Of a DNA stretch of 64,000 nt, positions 9,647-20,426 are shown one piece after another (position 1 is the stretch's first letter; each line of letters starts with the position of its first letter). The position numbers were made by a program, and so were the translations under genes. The notes below the pieces were generated by a model. It saw nothing but the letters and a program-made list of their open reading frames with translations. It was not told the DNA's origin and searched no databases. Source of the stretch: Caecitellus pseudoparvulus (Eukaryota > Protista > Bigyra: Bicosoecida). The stretch lies in the NCBI GenBank assembly GCA_965644315.1, contig CBFFRQ010000078.1, positions 248,001 through 312,000 of the forward strand, written 5' to 3'.

Positions 9647-12600
9647 TTACTTCCAGTTTGGCCGCGGCCTGCCGCCTCGTCCCACTTCTCGGCCTTGCAG
9701 GTACGCCAAGCCCACAGGCCGCGCGGGGTCATGGTGGCCGGGAATCGTGGTTGCTCTGTCGGCAAAGACGGCGAACCGTGGGAGGTGTGCCCCACGAGCC
9801 GCCCAAAGCACTCGTTTGCCCGCCGCAGCAGCAGACATGGTGAGCAGGAGGTCTCGGAGGCAGTCTTGCGTCGCTGGCTGGGCAGCCTGAAAGCGCCGTG
9901 AGTGGCCCTGGCGGGCTGCAGCGGAGGTCGTGGCGTATGCCAAGCGCGCAAGCCGCGGGAGCAGCTCCATGAAGTGCGGAAGGGATGCCAGCGCTTCGGT
10001 GTCTGCATAGCCAGTTCCCACGGTGGCTTCGTAGAGGTCGGCATACAGTGCAGTGCCGCCCAAGCCAGCTCGCCCGACAAGGGCGGGGCGCACCCCGCGC
10101 ACAGCAGGAGCGCCGGCTCCTCCAGCGTGGAAAGTGAGTGCGTACCTGGCTTGCAATGGGGATCGGAAGGGGTTGGAGCCAGCAGTGCTTGTTGCTTTCG
10201 TTCGAGGCAGGGAGAGGGTTGAAAGGGTGATGGGGGTGGTGGAGGTTGTGGTGGGGGGAGTCGGTGTGTTGTGACTGCCCGCTTGCTCGGCCAGCGCGTC
10301 ATCTTGCAGTGTTGCCAAGAGGCACTCCATGACCATGGTCTGCGACACCAAGGTCGGCACAACGTTGAAGTCGATGAGCAGCCGCAGCAGTGCAGGCGGC
10401 GTGATGAGGGCGTTGCCGCCGGCGTAGTGGTTGAAGACGACTTCCAGAGGTTTGGCGTTAGCGGCCAGTAGAGAGAAGACTGCTGCTTCCGTGCACAGCC
10501 ATGACGGAAGGTCAGCAGGCTGCTGGTTCTGCTGTTGGGTCGGAGAGTCTTCGGCACTTGGCAGGGTGGATGCAAGGTTGTGCTGCGCCGCTTTGGACTC
10601 TGAGGCAGATGGTGATGGTGATGTCGTAGGGAGGGGCGGCGGGGTGGGTAGTGTGGCCGCTGCTGCTGTGGCAGTGTGTGTGGACTCGGGTGGTGCGGCG
10701 GGCTTGAGGGGCATTCGGGAAACGCCGGAGCCACTGAATGGGTGTGACTCCTGCGGAGGGAAGTGGTGTTGCACCGCACAGCTTGTCCAAGCTGAGCCGC
10801 GAGTTCTCAGAGCATCAGCCCATGGGACAATGTAGCTGCTGCAAAGCTGCTGCAGGAGTGTCGCATCCCCTGACTGCACTGCGGTGGGTTTGAGGCTGCC
10901 TTCGGGGCGCCAACGCCCCGTGAACGTCTGGCGTGCGACGAGCACCAGCCAGGACTTGCAGTGGTTGAAGGTGATGCACTCATCTTGCATGCTGGGGGGA
11001 GTTTGGAATAAAGCTTCCAACATGTTCTGAAGGTCACGGCTGAGTGTGGGTGTGTGTGGAGGGTGCTGGCGGGGTGGGGACTGCACGACCTCAAGCAGGT
11101 CTGCCTCGGCTGCGGCACTAAGAGAGGGCTGTTCGGCTGCGGGGGGCGCCGTCAGGGACTGAGGGAGGATATAGGCATCTACCAGTGTCGCTTGGAACGC
11201 AGCTGCAGTGATGCCAATGCTGAAGTCCACGCTGTCGGCAGGGGAGGTGGCAGGGCTGTCACCGTGTTGCGCTGCCCACGCAAAGACAAATCGAAGGTAC
11301 GGGTCGAATGCATGCAGAACCTGTCGAAGCTGAGCCGCTTCAGACGCGCTGGGTCTTGCTGTTGGGGCCACGTCTTCTCCGTCCGTCTGTGGCGGCTGCC
11401 GTGCCGTGCGGGAAGATGCGGTGGTCGTTGGGGGTGTGTTGTCCAGTGGCATGGAGCGCGTCGGTGTGGTTGGTAGCGCCATGCCGGGGTTCCCAGCCAT
11501 GTCTGCCCGCCAAGTGCTGAGGAACCTGGCGCGCCTGGTGCTGGGCCTGCTCAGGGGGGCCGCGGAAGTGGCAGTCTGCAAGTTGCTGACTGCTCTCGCA
11601 AAGGACGCAGGAATGGGCACGCCAACTTCCACGGCATGTGCCAGGATCTGTTGCGCTTGGGGATGCCATGGCATTCGAACGAAGGGTGCAAGGGCTTCCT
11701 CGAGCGTGTTGCCCACGACAGCGCCGCTGGCTTGGCTTTGGCCGAGAGGGGGCGGTGCCCGCTGGCCCCAGCTGTCAACACCTGAGCTGTGTTCCGAGCG
11801 AGGAGTGCGGTCGCTCGGCAAGGTGGGCGTTGAGGCCGCGCTGGAAGAGGAGGTGGTCTCCCCCGCAGCAGGCGCAGTGACGAGGGAGGGCAAGGATGTG
11901 GTGCCGGCGCCCCTCCGGACGCCTGGCGGAGATGCGGGGGTGGCTGCGCCCGGCTGAGTGGAGGGTGTGTCCGTTGTGTGGGCCTGCGGCCAGGAGGGTG
12001 CAGCTTCCGTGGATGGAGCGGCATGAGTGTGCAACGCTGGTTCGCTGTCGTCCTGCTGTGCTGCAGCGTGCTGCGTGTGTGCCGGGGCCGGGGGGACTTG
12101 CTCCGGCCCACTCGCGCTGGATGCTTCGTGGGTGGAATGGGAAGCAGAGTCTGACTCGTCTGACGAGGAGGGGGGGCGCGGCAGTCTGCGCTTTGAGAAC
12201 AGGTTCTGTGCCAGGCGTGGGGGGCTTGCACTGCTGCTTGCCTGGTGCGCAAAGGGCTGCGCTCCGAACTGTTTAGCCACCGTGTGTCCGCGGGTGCGCA
12301 TGCCGCCCTCTTCGTCGCTATCGTCGTACATGCCCACGTGCACTGCATCTACAGCGGGTCCAGAGGGCGCTGTGCGTGATGCAGCAGGGCTTGGGCTGTG
12401 CGCTTGGCTGGTTTGGTCAGGGGTGGGGGGCAGAGTCGCCGGTGGCATGTTTGTACTGTGGTCACTCCAGCCGTGGTCTTCGGCAGGTGCTTGGTGTGGG
12501 GAGTCAGAGGGTGTCTGGGGTGCAGCTGGAACAGCTGCAGTGTGTTGCTCGTGTAGGGCTGCATGGGTGTCCTGAAAGGCGCCGGAATCCTGCTCAATTG

Positions 12601-13225
12601 GTGGTGGTGGCGTGTGTTGGGGGGGTGGAGAGGGAGGAGGTGCTTCCTCTGTGTGAGCGCCAGGGGACGGAGCAGGGGCGGAGTGCCACGGAGCTTCAGG
12701 TGCAGGAGATGTGTCTGAAGTTGGTGTGGCGAGGCTGTCTGTCTCGTCACGTGCTGAGGGGGCGTGGGGAGGCGAGGCTGCCTGGACTCTTGGCCGCGCC
12801 GCAATCTCGTGAGCAGCTTGCGCGTTGAGGAGAATGTCAAGTGCCAGCTGAGCGTCTTCCGCAGAAGGCAGACTCATTGACAAGGCTTCTCCTGTGGCCG
12901 ATTGCACCACCGTTATGCAGTGCGGCTTGCCGTCCAGGCTGCAGGCCTTGATCTGGGCGCCCAAGAAAGACATGCAGTGTCTATCCGACGCGGCTTCGGA
13001 CTTGGCCCAGCCAATGTCTCCGAGCAGGCTAACAACGATGTGTCGTTGCACCCACCCACGCCCCCCGAAGAGCCCGGAGCTCCTGTTCCGTTTTTGGCAC
13101 CAGAACTCGAGCACAGACAAGTCTGCCTCAGGTCCATGCTCGCGCAGCACTTCAGCCCATTCGTCCGGGCCGGGTATGTCGCTCAGATGGGACTGGGACC
13201 CATCCTGCTCTTCAAACGCTGACAT
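9647..13225 (-). CDS. PH-domain protein with a long disordered region and C-terminal EF-hand-like helical repeats
   Basis: First ATG at 13225. The N-terminus has PH hallmarks (FWCQKR..GLFGGRGWVQRHIVVS...KPHCITVV...LSMSLPSAEDAQLALDIL). The C-terminal LEVVFNHYA..LITPPALLRLLIDFNVVP and SLPHFMELLPRLA are EF-hand-like. Confidence 0.7.
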   Translation of the reverse strand: MSAFEEQDGSQSHLSDIPGPDEWAEVLREHGPEADLSVLEFWCQKRNRSSGLFGGRGWVQRHIVVSLLGDIGWAKSEAASDRHCMSFLGAQIKACSLDGKPHCITVVQSATGEALSMSLPSAEDAQLALDILLNAQAAHEIAARPRVQAASPPHAPSARDETDSLATPTSDTSPAPEAPWHSAPAPSPGAHTEEAPPPSPPPQHTPPPPIEQDSGAFQDTHAALHEQHTAAVPAAPQTPSDSPHQAPAEDHGWSDHSTNMPPATLPPTPDQTSQAHSPSPAASRTAPSGPAVDAVHVGMYDDSDEEGGMRTRGHTVAKQFGAQPFAHQASSSASPPRLAQNLFSKRRLPRPPSSSDESDSASHSTHEASSASGPEQVPPAPAHTQHAAAQQDDSEPALHTHAAPSTEAAPSWPQAHTTDTPSTQPGAATPASPPGVRRGAGTTSLPSLVTAPAAGETTSSSSAASTPTLPSDRTPRSEHSSGVDSWGQRAPPPLGQSQASGAVVGNTLEEALAPFVRMPWHPQAQQILAHAVEVGVPIPASFARAVSNLQTATSAAPLSRPSTRRARFLSTWRADMAGNPGMALPTTPTRSMPLDNTPPTTTASSRTARQPPQTDGEDVAPTARPSASEAAQLRQVLHAFDPYLRFVFAWAAQHGDSPATSPADSVDFSIGITAAAFQATLVDAYILPQSLTAPPAAEQPSLSAAAEADLLEVVQSPPRQHPPHTPTLSRDLQNMLEALFQTPPSMQDECITFNHCKSWLVLVARQTFTGRWRPEGSLKPTAVQSGDATLLQQLCSSYIVPWADALRTRGSAWTSCAVQHHFPPQESHPFSGSGVSRMPLKPAAPPESTHTATAAAATLPTPPPLPTTSPSPSASESKAAQHNLASTLPSAEDSPTQQQNQQPADLPSWLCTEAAVFSLLAANAKPLEVVFNHYAGGNALITPPALLRLLIDFNVVPTLVSQTMVMECLLATLQDDALAEQAGSHNTPTPPTTTSTTPITLSTLSLPRTKATSTAGSNPFRSPLQARYALTFHAGGAGAPAVRGVRPALVGRAGLGGTALYADLYEATVGTGYADTEALASLPHFMELLPRLARLAYATTSAAARQGHSRRFQAAQPATQDCLRDLLLTMSAAAAGKRVLWAARGAHLPRFAVFADRATTIPGHHDPARPVGLAYLQGREVGRGGRPRPNWK

Positions 13226-13618
13226 TGGTGCACGATATCGCAATTCAAGCAGAGCTTCCAATCTGCGTCGTTCACAAGCGGAAGCGGGTGCGTGCCGGGT
13301 CAGCGAGGTTCAGTGTTGTCGCAGCGACCCTGCAGTGCACTCTTGGCCGATGGCGTGCCACAGCTGGCAGATCTGTTATCGCAGTAGCTAGGGGCAGAAT
13401 TGCCACGCACCAACACAAGAAAACCAGGGCTTGCTTGCCTAGGCCTGCCCCTTGGACAGGTCCTCTGCGGAGGGCTGGGAGTGTCTGGCGCGGCGCGCTG
13501 CTTGGTGCGTGAAGCTGCACACGCCGAGGTGCCACAGAAGTGAGTGACAGAGTGGCCTTCAAAGCACTGCACATATCCAAGCTGATCAATTTTTGCAGAA
13601 ATGCTTGGCTGGGGTTGT

Positions 13619-14947
13619 TCATTGGGTGGTCTTATTGGCGCCGGCCCCAGGCAATACGCCTGCGTGTCGGGCTGTCTGCGAGTGCGGCTGAGCCACCTTG
13701 GCCAAGCCAGTGCGACCCAACACGGCCAGCTTAACCTCCCAGCGTCTAGGCTTGGCGGGCTCCTGGCCGCGGCGACGGCGCACAGTGCGCGCCAGAGTTC
13801 GGATGCGCTGCACCTCTGGCCAGTGCCCGTGCTTGGCTGCGTGAAACGCCGCATAGCCCAGGCTGCGCTCAGAGGGCTCCAGCCCAAGAGCGGCAGCCAT
13901 ACTTTGCATGAATGCAGCGACACCTGCCCCGTTCGAGCGCCCGCCAGAGTGAAGGTACACCTTGAGCAAGGCGTGCAACGTGGCGGGGTTGGGCTGCAGT
14001 CCTCCCTGCTGCATCAGGCGCAGGTAGGCTCCAGTGGATGGGGTGCGGGCCCCTGCTTCGTGCTCAATGAGCTTGTTGAGGACAGCGGTGCGCCCTGCTG
14101 GGCTTGGCGCGCTGCTATTGAGGATGGCCACTGCGCCCGCCACTGCGCCGCAAGCAATGCAGTGTGCAGCGGCGCGGGAGTAGGCAACAGGGGCGTCTGC
14201 ATCAGAGATGACCCCTTGTGCTCGGCCGTGGAACAGGAGCTGCTGCATGGCGGCCACCCGTGGTGCTGCTGTGCCCTGCCAAGTTGGGGTGCCGCCACGT
14301 GTCGCCGGCACAAGGCCTTTCCACGCAGTCATGCGTCGGGAGGACAGGGAATTGCGACCGCTGCCTACTAAGTCCAGCAGGGCTAGCAGCTCGGTTCGAG
14401 ACAGGCGGCCGCCCGTCTTGGCTGCCAGCTGAAGGCACACACCTGCAGCCGTGATGGCTTCGTCGGGCCCGCAGCGCCTGCCGGCTGCTGCCACACACTG
14501 CACCAAGACCTGCCGAAGAAGCTGCACATCTGCCGCCGGGAGGTCCACTGGGGCAGCTTGTAGCTGTGTAAGGAGCTGCTCGATCCAGCGAGCTGCTGAA
14601 GTGGCGTCCCCTTCCTGCGCCGCGTGCGCTGCCTCCTTCGCCAGGCGAGTCGCAGGAACTGGCAGGCGCGCATCCAGCAGGGTGTGAGAGACGTACTCGC
14701 GGTGTTGACGACGAGGCCCTTGGACGTTCTTTAGGCTGCTTGGTTCGTACGAGTCCAGGAGGTGCTCAGCTTCAGCGGGGCGGTGCAAGGGCACCGGCGA
14801 GAGCGCATGCACAATTTCCGCACTGGCTGACCACCCGAGGGGGGAAACGGGGGGCAACGGGGCAGCCAGCACTGCAGATGAGGCTGCAGGGCGCCATCCT
14901 CGAGCCAGCGCCGCATTCACCCGCGCGACAGCAGCCTCAAGGGCCAT
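13619..14947 (-). CDS. Pentatricopeptide-repeat (PPR)-containing protein, probably mitochondrial
   Basis: Repeats such as MQQGGLQPNPATLHALLKVY and MAAALGLEPSERSLGYA match the PPR pattern M...G..P....Y..L. The Arg/Ala-rich N-terminus resembles a transit peptide. Confidence 0.65.
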   Translation of the reverse strand: MALEAAVARVNAALARGWRPAASSAVLAAPLPPVSPLGWSASAEIVHALSPVPLHRPAEAEHLLDSYEPSSLKNVQGPRRQHREYVSHTLLDARLPVPATRLAKEAAHAAQEGDATSAARWIEQLLTQLQAAPVDLPAADVQLLRQVLVQCVAAAGRRCGPDEAITAAGVCLQLAAKTGGRLSRTELLALLDLVGSGRNSLSSRRMTAWKGLVPATRGGTPTWQGTAAPRVAAMQQLLFHGRAQGVISDADAPVAYSRAAAHCIACGAVAGAVAILNSSAPSPAGRTAVLNKLIEHEAGARTPSTGAYLRLMQQGGLQPNPATLHALLKVYLHSGGRSNGAGVAAFMQSMAAALGLEPSERSLGYAAFHAAKHGHWPEVQRIRTLARTVRRRRGQEPAKPRRWEVKLAVLGRTGLAKVAQPHSQTARHAGVLPGAGANKTTQ

Positions 14948-15074
14948 CCTGCACGCGTGGAATGGCAGTGGCGCCAGGTGACCTGTGGCCTTGTTCCCTC
15001 ACTGTAGTGGTGGGGAGGCAGGCGGGAGCGAGACAGCTGTTAAAGTGCGTGAGGGGCGGATGCATTGAAATATG

Positions 15075-16039
15075 TCAGCCTTCGGACTTGGCTGGCGCGG
15101 CGGTGGGCACCGTGTAGAGGTCAAGGCGGCCCTGCTTGGAGATGGGGATGTTGCTGCGCACGGTGTCCACTTCATCCAGCTGCACCTCCCCGTACACAAT
15201 GCCCGGCGCTTCGTCTGTGGTGGCCAGGACCTCTGCCCAGGGCGACACGAGCGTGCTGTGCCCCCACGCCTGGTAGGCGCTGTCAGGGTTGCGTGCTGGG
15301 GACACCGTGGCGACGAACACCTGGTTGTCCACCGCCCGAGCCCGCTGCAGCAGCTCCCAGTGCTTGGGGCCGGTGGTGGTGTTGAAGGCGCCAGGGTACC
15401 AGAGCATGACGGCCCCAGCTGCCCGCATGACTGCGGCCAGGGACGGGAAGCGAATGTCGTAGCAGATGCCCAGCCCCATGACCCCCCACGGTGTCTGGAA
15501 GGTGGTGATGGCGTCGCCGGGCGACAGCGTGTCACTCTCCTTGAACGTCATCTTGCCTGGGATGTCAATGTCGAAGAGGTGCACCTTGCGGTGCTTGGCC
15601 ACGCAGGTGCCGTCTGGCGCCCACACGGTGCTGGTGTTGTACAGCTTGCCCCCGTCACACTCCGCGACGGAGCCGCCAACAACGTACACGGCGTGCGTTG
15701 TGGCAGCTTCTTGCAGCATGGCGCAGGAAGGAGAGGTGGTGGCGTCAACGGGGCCCGAGTGCCCTGCCTCCGGTACAGGCTCTGCGTAGGCCTCGAATTC
15801 TGATGTGGCATAGGGCCCGTTGAAGATTTCAGGCAGCGCCACCATGGCTGCGCCAGATTCCTTGGCAGTGCTGATGGCGGCTGCCGCTGCCTTCAGGTTC
15901 GCAGCTTTGTCCTGCATGTGCCAAGGCAGAGATTCTATTCCTGCAGGTGATACGACAGCAACGGCGCCAGGCCACTCACGGTGGTGACGAGCAGCTGGCA
16001 CAGGGCGACCTTGAGCGTCTTGGACGTAGAAGCAGCCAT
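15075..16039 (-). CDS. NIT2: Omega-amidase NIT2 (carbon-nitrogen hydrolase); exons 16039-15980, 15911-15075
   Basis: Spliced start MAASTSKTLKVALCQLLVTT|DKAANL (intron 15912-15979). Catalytic triad motifs LPEIFNGPY, KHRKVHLFDIDIPGK and GICYDIRF, plus AFNTTTGPKHWELLQRARAVDNQ. Confidence 0.93.
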
Positions 16040-16415
16040 GACGAAACGGAGGCGAAACGGAGGGCTGCGGTCCCAAATGCACGAGCAGGCTACGGTGCAG
16101 CAATGCAGAGCTGTATATTGCAGGACGGCTCAAGAGCTGTGACCGTGTGCGCAAGGATGTTGAAGTTTTATATTATCGTCATGCTTGCTCTTAGTAAGCT
16201 GGCAAGCCTTCAGAACCTGTACTTCTCAAACATCTGAAAACTACACTTTACGTTGGCACTGGAAGGCGAATAAAGTGCCCAACTGGAAGGCTAATCGGGC
16301 CCACCAGACTCAGTAAGACTGGCCCGTCAAGCAAGTTCGTGCCTGCTCCCGGCGGAACGTAAGGCGTGTCTTGGCTTGCTCCTCACAAGTGCTGCAAAAT
16401 CCGCACCACGCCGTC

Positions 16416-17243
16416 ATGGCCAGTTCGGAGCCTGCGCCTGCTGGTGGCCATCCATCCAGCCAAGGGAGCGAAGTTGCCGTGGCAACTGAAGCCGCAGCCA
16501 CGGGGGCCGGCGACGCGGAGGCGTCCTCTGTTGCCTCTGGCTCAAGTTCGTGGTCTGCAATGGGCGGGGAGGAGGAGGCGGGGGATGGGGGCTACGTGCA
16601 GTTCACAGACCTTGATGACGATGACTGGCAGCCCATGCAACAAGAAGATAGCTCTTGGGCTGGTAGTGAGGCTGGCGCTGTGGCGGGGGGTGCAGCTGCC
16701 GAGGCTGCAGGGTCTGCGGCAGGCCCGGAGGAGGGTCTTGGCTCCTTTGCCGACATGCTGGCAGGTGGGGGGCTGCTGGCGGCACTGCAGGCGGACTATG
16801 ACAGCACCATCCAGGCAGGCGAGCGAGCTGCGGCTGCTGAGGCGGCAGCTGCCGAAGCTGCTGCTTCAGGCTCGACTTCCATAGATGCACATGCAGCGCA
16901 CGGTGCAGTGGACGCTGATGAGCATGCCGGGGGTGAGGCAGCCTCCCCGCCCAGCGCTGAGGTCAGCCCTGTAGGTGCTGCTAAGGGTGCTGACAGTGTT
17001 CAGGACGAGGAAGAGTTTGATCCCTTTGCAGCTGGAGTTGGGGCAGACGCTACACTCCCTGCGCCCTCGTTCGCTGCCGAGGCTATTCGGCAGCGAATGA
17101 GCGACCCAGCCCACGCGGCAGCCTTGGCAGCAGCTGCAAGTCGTTTGAAACCCCTATCTGCTCGAGCTGGCTTGGACGCGTTGGCCGATGGCCTCGTGCA
17201 GGCCTACGGTGCGACGCCTTGGCAGGAGCCAGGAGCCAGATAG
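16416..17243 (+). CDS. Acidic Ala/Gly-rich protein of unknown function (weak MEA1-like resemblance)
   Basis: Open ORF from ATG 16416 with coding-like composition. Motifs GYVQFTDLDDDD and MSDPAHAAALAAAASRL only loosely recall male-enhanced antigen 1. Confidence 0.55.
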   Translation: MASSEPAPAGGHPSSQGSEVAVATEAAATGAGDAEASSVASGSSSWSAMGGEEEAGDGGYVQFTDLDDDDWQPMQQEDSSWAGSEAGAVAGGAAAEAAGSAAGPEEGLGSFADMLAGGGLLAALQADYDSTIQAGERAAAAEAAAAEAAASGSTSIDAHAAHGAVDADEHAGGEAASPPSAEVSPVGAAKGADSVQDEEEFDPFAAGVGADATLPAPSFAAEAIRQRMSDPAHAAALAAAASRLKPLSARAGLDALADGLVQAYGATPWQEPGAR

Positions 17244-17459
17244 CACCAGCTTGTGCCGAGGCCCCTTCATGACAGCGCGCAAATGCAAACTCGATGATGG
17301 GAAAAATCCTCACTGCACATGCACATCCAGCACATTTTCAAGGCGTTTTGGCACTCAGTGTGCTGCGTTTACACCGAGCTGCTCGAGCTGGACTGATTTC
17401 CGCACTCTGCAGAGCTTTGTGCTGCTCGACACAGCCCTGCCTTTACGCTGTCGGGCACC

Positions 17460-18197
17460 ATGGCAGCCGAATCCAAGGAAAGCAGCCCACACGCTACGCA
17501 TGAAGCGGCTCCCGCGTCGACCGGGTTGCTCTCTGCACGGGATGCGCTGCTGGAGGGGGACAGTGCCCTCGCGCTGCACTTCTTGACAACGGGCGGGGTT
17601 GCAGACGAGCGAGACTCAGACGGACGAAGCTTGCTGCACTGGGCATCAAGCACTGGACACGTGGATGCCGTGGAAGCGTGCCTGCGTGCTGGCGCTGCCA
17701 TCGATGCCGTGGATGAAGCCGGGTGGACAGCGCTGCACTGCGCAGCTGCTTCGCAGAAACCTGCCGTGGTCGGCGCCCTGCAAGCTGCAGGGGCAAGCGC
17801 CAGTGTGCAGAATGCGAAAGGGCAGACACCCCTGCACCTCGCGAAAGGGCACGCAGGGGTGCTGGCTTCCTTGGCAGATGCGGTGGAGGATGTGGACGTG
17901 CCGGACCACCTGGGCATGACGGCGCTGCACAGAGCCGTGCTGTCTGGCAGCACGGAGGGAGTGTCCCTGCTCATCGCGCAAGGGGCAAACGTGAATGCCA
18001 AGACTGCTGCAGGGGACACTCCCGTGCACTTGGCTGCCTCCCTCGGCCCTGCCGCCGCGGGCATGGTGGGGCTTCTCAAGCGCAATGGGGCGAGTGGCCG
18101 GCACAAGAACCGCGACGGGGTCACAGGAGACGCCGAGGTCAGCGCTGCGGCACGCATGGCCTCCAAGCTCGCAGAGGGTCAGGGCTTGCGCAGGTAG
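17460..18197 (+). CDS. Ankyrin-repeat protein, gankyrin/PSMD10-like
   Basis: About five ankyrin repeats (GRSLLHWASSTGH, GWTALHCAA, GQTPLHLA, GMTALHRAV, GDTPVHLAA). Length (245 aa) and the first repeats resemble PSMD10. Confidence 0.8.
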   Translation: MAAESKESSPHATHEAAPASTGLLSARDALLEGDSALALHFLTTGGVADERDSDGRSLLHWASSTGHVDAVEACLRAGAAIDAVDEAGWTALHCAAASQKPAVVGALQAAGASASVQNAKGQTPLHLAKGHAGVLASLADAVEDVDVPDHLGMTALHRAVLSGSTEGVSLLIAQGANVNAKTAAGDTPVHLAASLGPAAAGMVGLLKRNGASGRHKNRDGVTGDAEVSAAARMASKLAEGQGLRR

Positions 18198-18527
18198 GCT
18201 CCCTCCTCGTACGTGAGGGGGGGTGCGTGCGCCGCGCCACTGCGCCACAGTCCCCCTCCCACAAACAAATCAAATCTTCCCCCATCCTCACCGCTTCCCC
18301 ACGTGAATTCGCCTGTTAGCTTTCTCAAGCTCACACAGTGGAACTGACCTCATCATAGGGTCTGCACGTTCCGTACGTTCACCCTTCGCCACACCGTTTG
18401 CGTCGGTGGTGCAGTGCCGCGCGGCGCGATCCTCACGCCTCGCTCCCAACGCACGCGGCGCACGGGTTCTCTTCTACCTTGCTCCACAGGCTTTCAACAA
18501 GGTCAACCGTCAACCCCAGCGTCAACC

Positions 18528-20307
18528 ATGCGCGGTGAGTGGGCACCCACAGCGACGGGCGGGTGTTGGGCAGTGCAGCCCGTTTCCGCCGCCTCACACT
18601 CCCGCCGCCTGCTTGGGCTCCACCCGTCGCCTGCATGACTCGCACGGCACCTTCCTCGCGCCCTTTCGCATAATTTTATGGAAACAGAGATCATCATCAG
18701 TGAGTCCCTGCTCCTGTGCCGCGATGCACCTCTGTGTTGCCTTCCGAGTGCGGCTTTTGCACTGGCACCCGACACATCATCGCATGTTTCGGTGTCCGTT
18801 GCACGTCAGCGCACAGCCCCCGAGTGTGTCCACGGCGCATGTGCCCTGTCAGCATTTTTATTTCGGTGCACTGGGTAGCTGTGCATGTGCTCGCACTTGC
18901 TCACCTTTCCTGGCGTGAGCTCGTGGCAACCCTTGCAAGCGTTTGCACACCGTTTCTTCCACCCCGCCCTTTGCAGTCCACCTCGGCCAAGCCGGTGTCC
19001 AGTGCGGTAACGCATGCTGGGAGCTGTTCTGCCTGGAGCACGGCATTCGCCCCGATGGCCAGCAGCCTGAGGGTGCCGCCGTCGAGGACGACTCTTTCCA
19101 GACCTTCTTCACTGAGACTGGCGCTGGCAAGTTCGTGCCCCGCTGCCTGATGGTGGACCTGGAGCCCACCTGCGTGGACGAGATCCGCACTGGTACCTAC
19201 CGCAACCTGTACCACCCTGAGCAGCTGATCTCCGGCAAGGAGGACGCCGCCAACAACTACGCCCGTGGCCACTACACCATCGGCAAGGAGGTCATTGACC
19301 TGGTCCTGGACCGCACCCGCAAGCTGGCAGACAACTGCACTGGCCTGCAGGGCTTCATGATCTTCCACTCTTTCGGTGGCGGCACTGGCTCTGGCTTCGG
19401 CTCCCTCCTGCTGAACCGCCTGTCCATCGACTACGGCAAGAAGACTAAGGTGGAGTTCGCCATCTACCCCTCTCCTCAGATCTCCACCGTGGTCGTGGAG
19501 CCCTACAACTCCGTCCTGTGCACGCACGCCATGCTGGAGCACTCCGATGTCGCCTTCCTGGTGGACAACGAGGCCCTGTATGACATCTGCCGCCGCAACC
19601 TGGACATCGAGCGCCCCACGTACACCAACCTGAACCGCCTGCTGGCCCAGTGCGTGTCTTCCATCACCGCCTCCCTGCGCTTCGACGGGCAGCTGAACGT
19701 GGACCTGACCGAGTTCCAGACCAACCTGGTGCCTTACCCCCGCATCCACTTCCCTCTGTGCTCTTACGCCCCCGTCATCCCCGCCGAGAAGGCGTACCAC
19801 GAGGCCCTGTCCGTGGCTGAGATCACCAACGGCGTCTTCGAGCCCGCCAACATGATGGTCAAGTGCGACCCCCGCCACGGCAAGTACATGGCCTGCTGCA
19901 TGATGTACCGTGGTGACGTCGTCCCCAAGGATGTCAACGCCTCCATCGTCACCATCAAGTCCAAGCGCACCATCCAGTTCGTGGACTGGTGCCCCACTGC
20001 CTTCAAGGTCGGCATCAACAACCAGCCACCCACCGTGGTGCCTGGCGGTGACGTCGCCAAGGTGCAGCGCTCTGTGTGCATGATGTCCAACACCACCGCC
20101 ATTGCCGGTGTGCTGGCCCGCATGGACCACAAGTTCGACTTGATGTACTCCAAGCGTGCCTTCGTGCACTGGTACGTCGGTGAGGGTATGGAGGAGGGTG
20201 AGTTCCTGGAGGCCCGTGAGGATCTCGCGGCCATGGAGAAGGACTACGAGGAGATCGGTGCCGAGACTGCCGAGGGCGAGGGCGAGATGGAGGGCGACGA
20301 GTTCTAA
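18528..20307 (+). CDS. TUBA: Alpha-tubulin (divergent isotype); exons 18528-18534, 18688-18699, 18977-20307
   Basis: Spliced N-terminus [23 protein letters not shown]. Contains [41 protein letters not shown] and [17 protein letters not shown]. Confidence 0.97.
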
Positions 20308-20426
20308 AGTGTTTGCGCACTTTTCCCCTCTGCACACCCCCCGCGTTGTTTTGACCTGTTAGGTATGCGCACTAAAATGCATCGTGCCTTTCGTGAATTG
20401 CAAGGTGCAGCTGCTTGGGCACAACC

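Noticed and set aside
16150-16300. Possible C/D snoRNA and the direct repeat CTGGAAGGC(G/T)AAT in the NIT2 promoter spacer
   Set aside because: The C box is non-canonical and no rRNA-complementary guide was recognised. Two short repeat copies are insufficient to call a feature.
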